Of a stretch of DNA of 64,000 nucleotides, positions 10,123-20,237 are shown one piece after another (within the stretch, counting starts at the first letter, position 1; the number at the start of each line of letters is the position of its first letter). The DNA comes from an uncultured Enhydrobacter sp. (GTDB lineage Bacteria > Pseudomonadota > Gammaproteobacteria > Pseudomonadales > Moraxellaceae). The DNA is taken from positions 9,480-73,479 of the forward strand of contig CAMIOS010000009.1 in assembly GCA_946222995.1 (NCBI GenBank). The letters run 5' to 3'. A program made the position numbers and the translations under genes. Under the pieces are notes generated by a model. It was not told the origin of the DNA and did not search any database. It was given only the letters and a program-made list of their open reading frames with translations.

Positions 10123-10139
10123 CTAGCTATGATAGCTAG
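10123..10139. promoter_or_regulatory. Perfect 17-bp palindrome CTAGCTAT-G-ATAGCTAG in the rubA/apt divergent intergenic region. Candidate operator.
   Basis: Seen directly in the sequence, ~50 bp upstream of the rubA start. Both flanking genes diverge from it, so a terminator role is unlikely. Confidence 0.3.
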
Positions 10140-10431
10140 GTTTTTCAATGCCAATAGTAAAGATTGACAACGGGTACACCGACAATCGATCTCTAACTAG
10201 TGTACAAACATTCACTCAAAAATTCAATGTCTAGCCGTTCATTGCCAATTTTAAAACCGATGAGATGCTTAGCTCGATTAATTTGATGAACGATCAAGGG
10301 ACATCACATGCGATTAAGCATTTTAGCCTAGCTTTAAGCGTGGTAAAATAGCTTGACTTTAATTTTATAAGGTATCAAAAATTGATAACCTTTGGCAATC
10401 CTTGAAAACGCTTGTAACTAAGGTACTGATT

Positions 10432-10953
10432 ATGACACAAACAAATTCTTCGCATCCATTTTGGCAGATTATCCGTACGGTACCAAATTTTCCCAAACAA
10501 GGCATTGATTTTTATGATATCACGCCTTTGTTGCGTAACCATATCAAAGCGGTAATTGAAGCGTTATTGGCAGCTTTGCCAGATGGGGTGTTTGAGCAAA
10601 TCGACTGTTTTGCGGGAGTCGAGGCTCGGGGGTTTATTTTTGCTAGCTTGCTTGCAGGACATACGGGCAAGGGGATGATACTGGTGCGTAAAGAGGGCAA
10701 GCTGCCGCCGCCTGTAGCAAATAAAAGCTATGCCCTTGAATATGGCAAAGATACGCTCGAGATGCAAGCGGAGTTGCCGCCTGCCAATGTGTTGGTGATT
10801 GATGATATTTTGGCAACCGGTGGTACATTACGAGCCACGATTGGGCTGTGTGAGGAAGCGGGACATACGGTGATAGGGGCGTTGGTGCTGCTGGATTTGG
10901 TGGATTTGCATCAGCCGCTTGAAGTGCCTGTCTATACCGTTTTAACGGCTTGA
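10432..10953 (+). CDS. apt: Adenine phosphoribosyltransferase
   Basis: PRTase motif VLVIDDILATGGTL. Aligns with E. coli Apt from MTQTNSSHPF. The ORF-track start at 10402 is a TTG upstream. Confidence 0.9.
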   Translation: MTQTNSSHPFWQIIRTVPNFPKQGIDFYDITPLLRNHIKAVIEALLAALPDGVFEQIDCFAGVEARGFIFASLLAGHTGKGMILVRKEGKLPPPVANKSYALEYGKDTLEMQAELPPANVLVIDDILATGGTLRATIGLCEEAGHTVIGALVLLDLVDLHQPLEVPVYTVLTA

Positions 10954-10980
10954 TTTGTTGTTAGATATATGAAATTTGTT

Positions 10981-11005
10981 GTAAGGTGCGGAGAACGCAC
11001 CCTAC
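10981..11005. terminator. Short GC-rich hairpin between the convergent apt and tal genes (weak bidirectional terminator)
   Basis: GTAAGGTGCG-GAGAA-CGCACCCTAC, stem with one mismatch. No strong T-run. Confidence 0.35.
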
Positions 11006-11021
11006 AAGCTAAAATTTGTCC

Positions 11022-11960
11022 TTAGACCAAACTTTCTAATTTTATTACCAATTCTTCCCTTGCTTTGATAAATCCCTCAATCCCAGCACTTAGTAACTCG
11101 CTTGCCATTGGGTCTTGCTCTTGTAACTGTCTAAAGCTCATTTCATCCAATGTTTGCTTTTTCATTTCCTCAAAATGCATATCGGGGAATAATTGACGCT
11201 CAATTTTGACATCCATGCTGGCAAGTTGGTCAATCAAATCGGGGGCGATTGTCAGTAAATCACATCCCGCCAATGCCAAAATCTGCTCGACACTGCGAAA
11301 ACTTGCGCCCATCACTTGGGTGCGATAGCCATGTTGTTTAAAATACGCATAAATACGTTTGACCGATTGCACACCTTTGTCATTGCCAATCGCCACACTA
11401 TTAACGCCCTCATCTCGCTTTTGCCAATCCAAAATTCGACCCACAAATGGCGAGATTAAAGTCACCCCTGCATCAGCACAGGCTTTTGCCTGATGAAGTC
11501 CAAACAGCAGTGTCACATTACAATGAATCCCTTCTTGCTCTAATTGACGAGCAGCTTCAATGCCTTCCCAAGTTCCAGCAATTTTAATCAGCACACGGTC
11601 ACGGCTAATGCCCGCTTGTTCATAGGCTTGGATGTATTCATGGGCTTTGTCGATGGTCGCTGTAGTATCATACGATAGTCGAGCATCCACTTCGGTGGAT
11701 ACCCGCCCATCAATCAATTTAAGAATTTCTGTACCGACATAGATGGTCAATTCATCAATGACCTTATCGATATCATTGTTATGCTTGGCAAGGCTCGCCT
11801 GTAAAATTGGCTGCATGTCTTGGGTGGATAAGGCTTTGGTAATCAAGCTTGGATTGGTGGTCGCATCGACAGGCTTTAGGCGGGCAATAGCGGATAAATC
11901 CCCCGTGTCAGCGACCACGGTAGTCATCATTTTTAATTGTTTTAAAGTGCTAGTCATCAT
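11022..11960 (-). CDS. tal: Transaldolase
   Basis: MMTSTLKQLKMMTTVVADTGD...TTNPSLI matches the TalB N-terminus and active-site region. The ORF-track start is an upstream TTG. Confidence 0.9.
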   Translation of the reverse strand: MMTSTLKQLKMMTTVVADTGDLSAIARLKPVDATTNPSLITKALSTQDMQPILQASLAKHNNDIDKVIDELTIYVGTEILKLIDGRVSTEVDARLSYDTTATIDKAHEYIQAYEQAGISRDRVLIKIAGTWEGIEAARQLEQEGIHCNVTLLFGLHQAKACADAGVTLISPFVGRILDWQKRDEGVNSVAIGNDKGVQSVKRIYAYFKQHGYRTQVMGASFRSVEQILALAGCDLLTIAPDLIDQLASMDVKIERQLFPDMHFEEMKKQTLDEMSFRQLQEQDPMASELLSAGIEGFIKAREELVIKLESLV

Positions 11961-12219
11961 GGGCTCTCTATTTTTTTTCAATAGTTAACAATCATCAGAA
12001 AGGATAGCGAAAGTTAAGGCTAAGTTGTCGTATGATTGTTTAGAAATATTTGCGATAAAACTAGCATATTTTGATGACAAACTATAGCTATTTTTGCAAA
12101 AATTTCACGCCATGTTTTAACGCTATCTATCGTTTTAAATTTTGTGCTAGTATGATCAATTCTGCTTTAGTCATCCAATACTAAAGCTGATCACCTATTT
12201 GCCAAATTTGCATTTGCCA

Positions 12220-13347
12220 ATGAGAATTGCCATGACCAGTCAAATCAATACCCCGCTTAATAATGAGCTAATTGCCCTACGCCAAAAAATCGACCACGTT
12301 GATGAACAAATCCAACGCCTCATCAACGAGCGGGCTGGATATGCTGCCCAAATCGCCCATGCTAAAAAATCACAAGAAGATAATCCGATTTTTTATCGCC
12401 CAGAACGCGAAGCCCAAGTGCTAAAAAAAGTGATGGAACGCAATCAAGCGTTGGGTGGCAATTTGCCCGATGAAAAAATGGCGACCTTGTTTCGCGAAAT
12501 TATGTCGGTATGCCTAGACCTCGAAGCCCCGCAAAAAATCGCCTATCTAGGGCCTGCAGGGACATTTACCCATGCCGCTGCCCTTAAACATTTTGGCAAA
12601 GCAGCAACGACCGTGCCCCTAGCCACCATCAGCGATGTCTTTCGTGAGGTCGAGGCGGGGTCTGCGATGTATGGCGTCGTGCCTGTCGAAAACTCGTCCG
12701 AAGGCGTGGTCAATCATACACTGGATGGGTTTTTGGTGTCGGATTTAAAAATTATCGGCGAGGTCGAGATGCCGATTCACCACCAGTTTTTGGTGGGTGA
12801 GCATACCAAAGTGGGTGCCATTGCAAAAATCTACGCCCATAGCCAAGCCTTAGCCCAATGCCGCCAATGGTTAGATACCCATTATCCCAATGTCGAGCGA
12901 GTGGCGGTATCAAGTAATGGCGAGGCCGCCCGTCGGCTCAAAAATGAGTGGCACTCTGCTGCCATTGCAGGGGATGTGGCAGCCAATGAATACAATTTGC
13001 ATAAACTGTATGAAAATATCGAAGACAACCCGTCTAATACCACCCGCTTTTTGATTGTGGGTCGAGAAGCAATTGCCCCGAGTGGGCAAGATAAAACCTC
13101 GATTTTGGTGGCTGCCAAAGACAAAGCTGGGGCATTGATTCAGATTTTACAGCCCTTAGCCCGTCATGGCGTGTCGATGACCAGTATCGAAACCCGCCCA
13201 GAACGCCCCAATAAATGGGCATATGTATTTTTTATTGATATGCTTGGGCATAGCAATGATGACAATGTGCAAGCGGCATTGGCAGAGATTCGTCCCCAAG
13301 TCAAAGACTTGCGAGTGCTCGGCTCATACCCTAAAGCCGTGATTTGA
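12220..13347 (+). CDS. pheA: Bifunctional chorismate mutase / prephenate dehydratase (P-protein)
   Basis: N-terminal CM helix (LRQKIDHVDEQIQRLINERA), PDT domain and C-terminal ACT domain. Start ATG at 12220 or 12232. Confidence 0.9.
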   Translation: MRIAMTSQINTPLNNELIALRQKIDHVDEQIQRLINERAGYAAQIAHAKKSQEDNPIFYRPEREAQVLKKVMERNQALGGNLPDEKMATLFREIMSVCLDLEAPQKIAYLGPAGTFTHAAALKHFGKAATTVPLATISDVFREVEAGSAMYGVVPVENSSEGVVNHTLDGFLVSDLKIIGEVEMPIHHQFLVGEHTKVGAIAKIYAHSQALAQCRQWLDTHYPNVERVAVSSNGEAARRLKNEWHSAAIAGDVAANEYNLHKLYENIEDNPSNTTRFLIVGREAIAPSGQDKTSILVAAKDKAGALIQILQPLARHGVSMTSIETRPERPNKWAYVFFIDMLGHSNDDNVQAALAEIRPQVKDLRVLGSYPKAVI

Positions 13348-13367
13348 TCGGGTCAAAACTTAAAAAT

Positions 13368-13397
13368 AAAAAAGCAAACCCTTGGGCTTGCTTTTTT
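13368..13397. terminator. Bidirectional rho-independent terminator between pheA and the yihY-like gene
   Basis: AAAAAAGCAAACC-CTTG-GGCTTGCTTTTTT: 13-bp stem with one mismatch, A-run 5' and T-run 3'. Confidence 0.7.
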
Positions 13398-13413
13398 AGT
13401 GTGAGCGAAAACA

Positions 13414-15351
13414 TTATGGCTTGTCTTTATCCGTAATAATCGTTGGGTCTTTTTTACCCAATCGCCCAAGAATTTGATTTTTGACAAAGGTGATAGGATT
13501 GAGATGGCTTAACTTAGCCCGCATTGCTGTATTATCACCCAAATTTTTAAGCGTATGCGGTGCATCCTTAAGCGTTTGGCTAATTTTTTGGTTAAGACGC
13601 GTGGTCACTGCGCTGGTTGCATCAGCGGCGATATGGTCATCCCGCTTGCTATTTGGGTTTTTTAGCGCATCTTGTTGATAGTTAAATGCTTGATTAGGAA
13701 TAAAGTTGCCTGCAACCGTCTGTGACGTTTGTCCCAAATTTTGTGTATTACCTTCCCTATTTGCCGAGGTATTTTGTAAGGTTTGACTTGCCCCGCTGAT
13801 GCCGAATTTTAAGCCATCAGCAGTTAGACCCGCTTTATTTAGATCACTAGATCCAGTCGTATGCTCGCTGCTGATTCCACTTTTACTTTCACTCTGACCT
13901 TCAAAATCAAGCGTGCCATCAAAGCCTGCTGCTTGTTCTTTGTCAGTTTCTTTAATGCGTTTGTCTTCATTAACCACATCGCTGACTTGACCACCCGATA
14001 ATCCCGTTTTTTCACGTCCTTTTGCCAAGCCATTTTCACCTTTACCGGTACCGCTGTTGGATTTTTCAATATCTTTAGCATCAGGCATTTGGCGAGGTTT
14101 GATACGATCAAAAATGGTTGCCATCGGGATACTAAAGTTTTGCTCAAGCAATGTTTCGCTACGAGCCATGACATTAATCCAGTCACCTGCCCATGGCGAC
14201 TGATGTTGTAATTTTTTTAAGTCTTTGGCGTGAGGTAACGGATAAGGTAAATTAGTGTAAAACTCCCAAAAGGTATAATCATTGAGTGAGCGTTTGAGAA
14301 TATATTCATCTTTTTCACTGGTTGCAATCAAATTATTGTCTTGTAAAAAGCTGACATAGGTGTACCAATTTGGCATTTCTTGACGGCCCAATACATCACG
14401 CAAGCCTGCCTCGGATACCGCATTGCCTTTTTTATGCTCACGGTACATCACGTTTAGCATATCCATTAGACTAAACAATGCATGACGCGGATGGACTTCT
14501 TTGGTCTCAAAAATGGTCAAGCAATAACTAATCTCAACGCCCAATAAAATCACATTCCATGAGATATACACCCAAAGCAAAAATAACGGAAAAATGGCAA
14601 ACGCCCCATAGACCGCCTTATAGCTAGTAAAATTATCAACAATCACCCCAAAGGTCAGCTTTAGTAACTCAAAGATGATACCGACCACAATCCCTGCGAC
14701 CAATGCATGTTTAAACCGTACTTGACAACGGGGCACAAACCAATACATTCCCACCAAGCCCATCATCATTACTGCAACGGAGCCAATTTGTACCCAGATA
14801 GCCCAATCAATACCATAACCACCGATTTTTTGGTTTAGAAAACTCAGACTTTGAACGGTACTCGACACGATAAAGGCTGTGCCTAAAATCAGCGGCGCAA
14901 GCGTGATAATCGCCCAATACCGCAAAAAGTTAATCAACGTGGTTTCTTTTTTCTCCACCCGCCAAATCTGGTTAAAAGCAGTTTCGATGGTAATCAATGT
15001 GGACACTGTGGTAAAAAACAACATCACCAAACCAATCACCGTCAAATTTGAAGAATTGGCAGTAAATTGGTTAATATATTTAGCCACTTGAAAGCCCGTT
15101 GAAGGCAACAGATTGCTAAAAATCAATTGTTGGATTTGTTCTTTAGCATTTGCCAACTGTGGAATTGACGATAAAATTACCAAAAGCAGCGTAAAAATTG
15201 GCACAATTGACAACAAGGTGGTATAAGTTAGCGAAGAGGCTTTTTGGGTACAATTATCATCCAAGAAGTTTTTAACCAAATATACCAAAAATTGTACCCA
15301 TTTTTTCTTAAAAAACGGATGGTTTTTTAATTTTGTAAGAAATGCATTCAT
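13414..15351 (-). CDS. YihY/BrkB (virulence factor BrkB / RNase BN-like) family inner-membrane protein with a ~230-aa low-complexity C-terminal tail
   Basis: N-terminal ~400 aa with 6 TM helices and the YihY signature (SLTYTTLLSIVP...). The C-terminal third is rich in G/S/T/N/K/D/Q with no TM. Confidence 0.8.
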   Translation of the reverse strand: MNAFLTKLKNHPFFKKKWVQFLVYLVKNFLDDNCTQKASSLTYTTLLSIVPIFTLLLVILSSIPQLANAKEQIQQLIFSNLLPSTGFQVAKYINQFTANSSNLTVIGLVMLFFTTVSTLITIETAFNQIWRVEKKETTLINFLRYWAIITLAPLILGTAFIVSSTVQSLSFLNQKIGGYGIDWAIWVQIGSVAVMMMGLVGMYWFVPRCQVRFKHALVAGIVVGIIFELLKLTFGVIVDNFTSYKAVYGAFAIFPLFLLWVYISWNVILLGVEISYCLTIFETKEVHPRHALFSLMDMLNVMYREHKKGNAVSEAGLRDVLGRQEMPNWYTYVSFLQDNNLIATSEKDEYILKRSLNDYTFWEFYTNLPYPLPHAKDLKKLQHQSPWAGDWINVMARSETLLEQNFSIPMATIFDRIKPRQMPDAKDIEKSNSGTGKGENGLAKGREKTGLSGGQVSDVVNEDKRIKETDKEQAAGFDGTLDFEGQSESKSGISSEHTTGSSDLNKAGLTADGLKFGISGASQTLQNTSANREGNTQNLGQTSQTVAGNFIPNQAFNYQQDALKNPNSKRDDHIAADATSAVTTRLNQKISQTLKDAPHTLKNLGDNTAMRAKLSHLNPITFVKNQILGRLGKKDPTIITDKDKP

Positions 15352-15633
15352 AGTCGTTTATCAAAGGTTGTTGATTAGGAGTGTTTTATTAAAAAAGGCT
15401 AAACCAAAAATCGTGCCACAATAGTAGAGGTAAAGTTGTAACACGCTAAATTCTCACAGGAAAAAAACGAGAAATATCGGCAAGTATGATATCATATTCA
15501 AAAATTAAGTTTATTGAATTACGGTTAAATGTGATGGAATTTTGCAACAAAATTACACTAGGTACCCATTTGGTAAACCACGTTACATAAAAATTTGGTG
15601 ATACCATTGGCAAAATGGGTAGCATGTGAAAAA

Positions 15634-16248
15634 ATGGATAGCATGATGAATCAGCCTTATATTCTTGTTTTATATTATAGCCAAAATGGCACGACCAAAG
15701 ACTTGGCGTATCAAATCGCCCAAGGCATTGAAGACAGTGGCACCGGCTTAAGTGCACGTATTCGCACGGTGCCCAAAGTCAGCGCCGTCACCGAAGCCAC
15801 CGAATCTGCCATTCCCGATGATGGTGACTTATATGCCACAATGGATGACCTAAAACATTGTGCCGGCTTAGCCGTTGGCTCGCCTACGCATTTTGGCAAC
15901 ATGGCAGCGTCTATGAAATATTTTTGGGACAATACGGTCACCTTGTGGCTAGCAGGCGATTTACAAAATAAACCCGCCTGCGTATTTACCAGTACCGGCA
16001 CCATGCACGGCGGGCAAGAAACCACATTGACCAGCATGATGACGCCCTTGCTACATCATGGCATGATTATTGTGGGTATTCCATATAGCGAAGCGGCTCT
16101 TAATACCACCAATCAAGGCGGTACACCGTATGGGGCAAGCCATGTGAGCGGAGCCAGTCACGATAACATCATGACTGCCGATGAAAAAACCCTTGCCAAA
16201 GCCCAAGGCAAACGTTTGGCAACCATTGCAAACGCTTTGTCAATGTGA
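15634..16248 (+). CDS. wrbA: NAD(P)H:quinone oxidoreductase WrbA (flavodoxin-like)
   Basis: ILVLYYSQNGTT flavodoxin signature. ~200 aa from the internal Met. The upstream part of the track ORF is probably not translated. Confidence 0.85.
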   Translation: MDSMMNQPYILVLYYSQNGTTKDLAYQIAQGIEDSGTGLSARIRTVPKVSAVTEATESAIPDDGDLYATMDDLKHCAGLAVGSPTHFGNMAASMKYFWDNTVTLWLAGDLQNKPACVFTSTGTMHGGQETTLTSMMTPLLHHGMIIVGIPYSEAALNTTNQGGTPYGASHVSGASHDNIMTADEKTLAKAQGKRLATIANALSM

Positions 16249-16269
16249 TAAAAAAAGCCATAAAAATCG

Positions 16270-16680
16270 ATGAGAAAAATAGATACTTCCCTTAAGCCGA
16301 TTTATCCCATTCACCAACGTTTAAAAATCGTTTGGGGATTGTGGCTACTATTTCGGCTAATTGGGGTGGCGATTTTAGCTCACCGGCTGGCAGTTAGTCA
16401 CCCATCTATTATAGGCGGGATAGTGTGGCATGGGCTATGGCTGATCCCTGCATTTATCGCCACGCCTTATATTTTTAAAGGCAAAAGCCCATATGCGTTG
16501 CTGATGATCAGTATGCTCACCTTTATTTATCTAGGGGCAAGTGGCATGGCAGCCCTCAAATATGGCTTTGGGCAGGCGTGGGGATTGATGGCGGTATGGC
16601 TTGTGGATTTTGTGTTGGTCGCTTTGATTAATGGATGGCTTTTTATCCTACTTAAACGCTTGCCAAAAATGCTTGGTTAA
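16270..16680 (+). CDS. Small integral membrane protein (DUF2069-like, 4 TM)
   Basis: 136 aa, four hydrophobic helices. Immediately downstream of wrbA. Family assignment is from memory only. Confidence 0.45.
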   Translation: MRKIDTSLKPIYPIHQRLKIVWGLWLLFRLIGVAILAHRLAVSHPSIIGGIVWHGLWLIPAFIATPYIFKGKSPYALLMISMLTFIYLGASGMAALKYGFGQAWGLMAVWLVDFVLVALINGWLFILLKRLPKMLG

Positions 16681-16837
16681 CACTTGCTTAACATTTGCAA
16701 AAATTCCCAAAACCAATGCCACCACTTATTAACAGCCGAGTACAGCCAAAACGCTATCTATAAGTTGGTATTCTTAAAAAGTTCATTGCGCATAAATACT
16801 ATTAATAAAAATTTAACATAAGTTTAAAGGTCAAAAA

Positions 16838-17548
16838 ATGGCTGTCGCTGTAAAAAATAAAAACCCATTGCCTAAAACCGCTGCCACACCCCCTTCACAG
16901 CGCATGCCCAATAAAAATGTGTTACCATTTTTCCAAAAACTTGCCCAAGCCATCGAAACACCCGAAACTGAGCTAAACTATCACTCAACCTTTGAACTGC
17001 TTATTGCGGTGATTTTATCGGCACAAGCCACCGATGTCAGCGTCAATCTTGCCACTCGCAAGCTTTTTCCAATCGCCAACACACCGCAAGCGATTTTAGA
17101 TTTGGGTGAAGATAGGCTCAAAGACTATATCAAAACCATTGGGCTATATAACAGCAAGGCCAAAAATATCATCAAATGTTGCCAAGATTTAATAACAAAC
17201 TTTGGCGGGGATGTGCCCCAAACCCGAGAAGAACTCGAAAGTTTAGCAGGGGTGGGACGAAAAACCGCCAACGTCGTGCTCAATACTGCGTTTGGTCAGC
17301 CGACCATGGCAGTCGATACGCATATTTTTCGAGTGGGCAATCGCACAGGTCTAGCGACTGGCAAAAACGTGCGGGAAGTGGAAGACGTTTTAGTTGAACG
17401 GATTCCGCAACAATTTATGTTAGACGCCCATCATTATTTGATTTTGCATGGGCGGTATACTTGTAAAGCAAGAAGCCCCGAATGTGGTAAATGCCCGGTA
17501 TTTAATGAATGCATGTTTCAAGACAAAGCTATGTTTGTAGAAAAATAA
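16838..17548 (+). CDS. nth: Endonuclease III
   Basis: HhH-GPD motif and a C-terminal 4Fe-4S cluster loop CKARSPECGKCPVFNEC. Confidence 0.9.
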   Translation: MAVAVKNKNPLPKTAATPPSQRMPNKNVLPFFQKLAQAIETPETELNYHSTFELLIAVILSAQATDVSVNLATRKLFPIANTPQAILDLGEDRLKDYIKTIGLYNSKAKNIIKCCQDLITNFGGDVPQTREELESLAGVGRKTANVVLNTAFGQPTMAVDTHIFRVGNRTGLATGKNVREVEDVLVERIPQQFMLDAHHYLILHGRYTCKARSPECGKCPVFNECMFQDKAMFVEK

Positions 17549-17701
17549 CACCGCTATGCAAAACCAATATAATCTTAGTCTATTTTTTACTTAGAAAAAG
17601 TTTTTTAACAAATAGAGAATTGATAAGGACTTTGCTATAATCAATTCACTTTTGGCTATTGTTTGTTACCAATAGCTTTTACCAACAAAAAGGAAAAACT
17701 C

Positions 17702-18235
17702 ATGGCAGATTTTAACCAAATTTTAGACGCAGGCGATGTAGATGGCGGCGTAATCAATGTTGTTATCGAAATTCCTGCAGGCTCAAACAACAAAATCGAA
17801 TGGAATCGCAAACTTGGCGTGATGCAGCTTGACCGTGTTGAGCCACAATTGTTTGCAAAACCGACCAATTATGGCTTTATCCCACAAACCCTTGACGAAG
17901 ATGGCGATGAGCTAGACGCTTTAATCATCACTGACACGCCATTACCAACGGGCATTTTTATGGAAGCCAAAGTCATTGGCGTCATGAAATTCGTTGACGA
18001 TGGTGAAGTGGATGACAAAATCGTGGTGGTGCCCGCCGATGACCGTCACACTGGCAATGCAATCAACACATTAGACGATTTACCAAAACAATTAATCAAC
18101 CAAATCGAGTTTCATTTCAATCATTATAAAGATTTGAAAAAAGCCGGTACGACTAAAGTTGAACATTGGGGCGATATTGAAGAAGCCAAAGCGGTAATTA
18201 AAGAATCGCAAGCGCGTTGGAAAAAACAATCGTAA
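17702..18235 (+). CDS. ppa: Inorganic pyrophosphatase
   Basis: MADFNQILDAGDVDGGVINVVIEIPAGSNNKIEW matches family I PPase. Confidence 0.9.
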   Translation: MADFNQILDAGDVDGGVINVVIEIPAGSNNKIEWNRKLGVMQLDRVEPQLFAKPTNYGFIPQTLDEDGDELDALIITDTPLPTGIFMEAKVIGVMKFVDDGEVDDKIVVVPADDRHTGNAINTLDDLPKQLINQIEFHFNHYKDLKKAGTTKVEHWGDIEEAKAVIKESQARWKKQS

Positions 18236-18257
18236 TCCATACCGATGGCATAATAAC

Positions 18258-18290
18258 AACCTTTCTAATCACAGTTAGAAAGGTTTTTTG
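18258..18290. terminator. Bidirectional rho-independent terminator (ppa / trmH-like convergent)
   Basis: AACCTTTCTAA-TCACAG-TTAGAAAGGTT followed by TTTTG. Confidence 0.75.
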
Positions 18291-18303
18291 CTGTTAATGG
18301 CAA

Positions 18304-19092
18304 TTAAACTAGGTCGGCATAATTTCGTTGTCGTAGCATTTCATAAAGACATAACGATCCGGCAATCGCCACATTGAGGCTTTCTTGTCCATTAGGTTGG
18401 GGTAGGGCAATGGGGCTGGATTGACTGAATAAAATCTCATCCACACCTTGCCCTTCATGCCCCATAATTAAAGCCAATGGTGGTTTTAAATCCATCGAGT
18501 AAATAATATGATCGGTATGACTACTGGTGGCAAATAACGGGACTTTCACCTTTGCCAAAATCTCCTCTACGCTCACATTTTCATAAATAGCCAAGCTAAA
18601 ATTTGCTCCCATACTGGCTCGTAGGGTTTTTGGGTTATAAGCCTGTGCCGTACCTGTGGTGCAAATCACGATTTTGACCCCAACAGCCGAAGCGGTACGT
18701 AGCAACGTGCCAAGATTGCCATTATCCTGCACGCCATTGATGATTAAACAATCGGTGGTGATATCTTGGTTAAGCGTTAGCGTTGGCATTTTGATCATCG
18801 CCATAATCGGCAAACTATCGCCTAAACTGCGGATTTCTTTATATAAATTGTCGCTGATGGTTAAAGTTTTGACATGTTGAAGGCGAGTTAGCAAGGCATG
18901 AATTTCGTCATTTTCTAATCCATTTTCGCTGACGATGACGGTTTCGGGCATTTGCTGGGCATTTAAACATGCTTCAAGTAAATGCGTGCCTTCAATCACG
19001 GTTTTACCCAACTTTTTGCGTTGGCGGGATTGGGTGAGTAAGGCATGGGCAGTTTTAATCGTTGGATTATCTTTAGAAGTAATTAGCATCAT
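18304..19092 (-). CDS. TrmH/SpoU family RNA 2'-O-methyltransferase (RlmB-like)
   Basis: SPOUT fold motifs ([15 protein letters not shown] and LIMGHEGQG). ATGA overlap with the fbp stop. Confidence 0.75.
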   Translation of the reverse strand: MMLITSKDNPTIKTAHALLTQSRQRKKLGKTVIEGTHLLEACLNAQQMPETVIVSENGLENDEIHALLTRLQHVKTLTISDNLYKEIRSLGDSLPIMAMIKMPTLTLNQDITTDCLIINGVQDNGNLGTLLRTASAVGVKIVICTTGTAQAYNPKTLRASMGANFSLAIYENVSVEEILAKVKVPLFATSSHTDHIIYSMDLKPPLALIMGHEGQGVDEILFSQSSPIALPQPNGQESLNVAIAGSLCLYEMLRQRNYADLV

Positions 19093-20078
19093 TTAGCTTC
19101 TTCATGCAATTTTTTGATATACGCCACTTCATTTTTTGCCCCTAAAACCACTGGCACACGCTGATGGATATTGGTCGGCTCAATGTCTAAAATTCGATTG
19201 ACCGCATCGGTACTTGAACCGCCTGCTTGCTCGATAATTAAACTCATCGGATTGGCTTCATACATCAGACGTAACTTACCCGCTTTTTTCGGGTCTTTGG
19301 TATCAAACGGATAAGTAAACACGCCACCTCGAATCAAAATACGATGTACATCGCCCACCATCGCCGCTACCCAACGCATATTAAAGTTTTTGCCGCGTAC
19401 GCCTTCTTTACCCGCATTGCACTCATCAAAATAGCGCTGCATAGGGGCAAGCCAATGACGGTAATTTGACGCATTAATCGCATATTCTTTGGTATCGGCA
19501 TCGATTTTGACCGCATCATTAATCAAAATAAATTGGTGCATATTGGGGTCATAGCTAAACATCACCACGCCTTCACCGGTGGTCAAAACCAACATGGTTG
19601 ACGTACCGTATAAAATATAGCCAGCTGCGAGCTGCTGAGTCCCTTTTTGCAAAAAGTCATTATCCGTGGCGGTTTGACCTGGGTTGTTATACGGTAAAAT
19701 TGAGAAAATTGTACCGACTGACATATTAATATCAATATTGCTTGAGCCGTCTAATGGGTCAAACAGTACCAACACTTCGCCATCTTTGTTGGCAGGGGTG
19801 GCATTGTCGAGTTCTTCAGATGCCACGCCCGCACAGTATTTATTCATGCTTAACGCTTCAAGCAGCAGGTCGTTGGCGATGACGTCTAATTTTTTTTGTT
19901 CTTCACCTTGTACATTTTCATTGCCTGCTTCGCCCAAGATATCGGCGAGTGCCCCACGTTTAAGCAGTTCGCTGATTTCTTCGCCGACTTTGGTGATGGT
20001 CGCGATGACGCTTTTGACCGCAGGCGTGGTGTTGTGTTCAAATAGATAGTCTTTGAGTGTGGTAACGTGGATAAACAT
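19089..20078 (-). CDS. fbp: Fructose-1,6-bisphosphatase class 1
   Basis: Aligns with E. coli Fbp from [20 protein letters not shown] upstream of that ATG. The ORF-track start at 20135 is probably too long. Confidence 0.9.
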   Translation of the reverse strand: MFIHVTTLKDYLFEHNTTPAVKSVIATITKVGEEISELLKRGALADILGEAGNENVQGEEQKKLDVIANDLLLEALSMNKYCAGVASEELDNATPANKDGEVLVLFDPLDGSSNIDINMSVGTIFSILPYNNPGQTATDNDFLQKGTQQLAAGYILYGTSTMLVLTTGEGVVMFSYDPNMHQFILINDAVKIDADTKEYAINASNYRHWLAPMQRYFDECNAGKEGVRGKNFNMRWVAAMVGDVHRILIRGGVFTYPFDTKDPKKAGKLRLMYEANPMSLIIEQAGGSSTDAVNRILDIEPTNIHQRVPVVLGAKNEVAYIKKLHEEAK

Positions 20079-20237
20079 GAGATTTCCTTGTTGTAGCTGT
20101 TTTTGTGATGGGTTGTTAGGTGAAAATACTTGCAAGTGATTGTAGCATGTTTTGGGGTGGTTGTTGATAGGGCGGATTTTGATGTTTAAAAAGTTGATTT
20201 GGGTTAAAATAACAACAAATTTAAAAGGATAAAAAAA

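Noticed and set aside
10123-10146. Palindrome plus GTTTTT as a rho-independent terminator
   Set aside because: It lies between divergently transcribed genes (rubA leftward, apt rightward), so no upstream transcript exists to terminate. It is kept as a candidate operator instead.
11982-12219. Phe-rich leader peptide or attenuator upstream of pheA
   Set aside because: The small ORFs present (MF*, MINSALVIQY*) are not Phe-rich, and no terminator or antiterminator pair was evident.
15485-15496. 12-bp palindromes TATGATATCATA (15485-15496) and TAAAGCGCTTTA (~30553-30564) in promoter regions
   Set aside because: Short AT-rich palindromes are expected by chance in AT-rich intergenic DNA. No supporting context was found.
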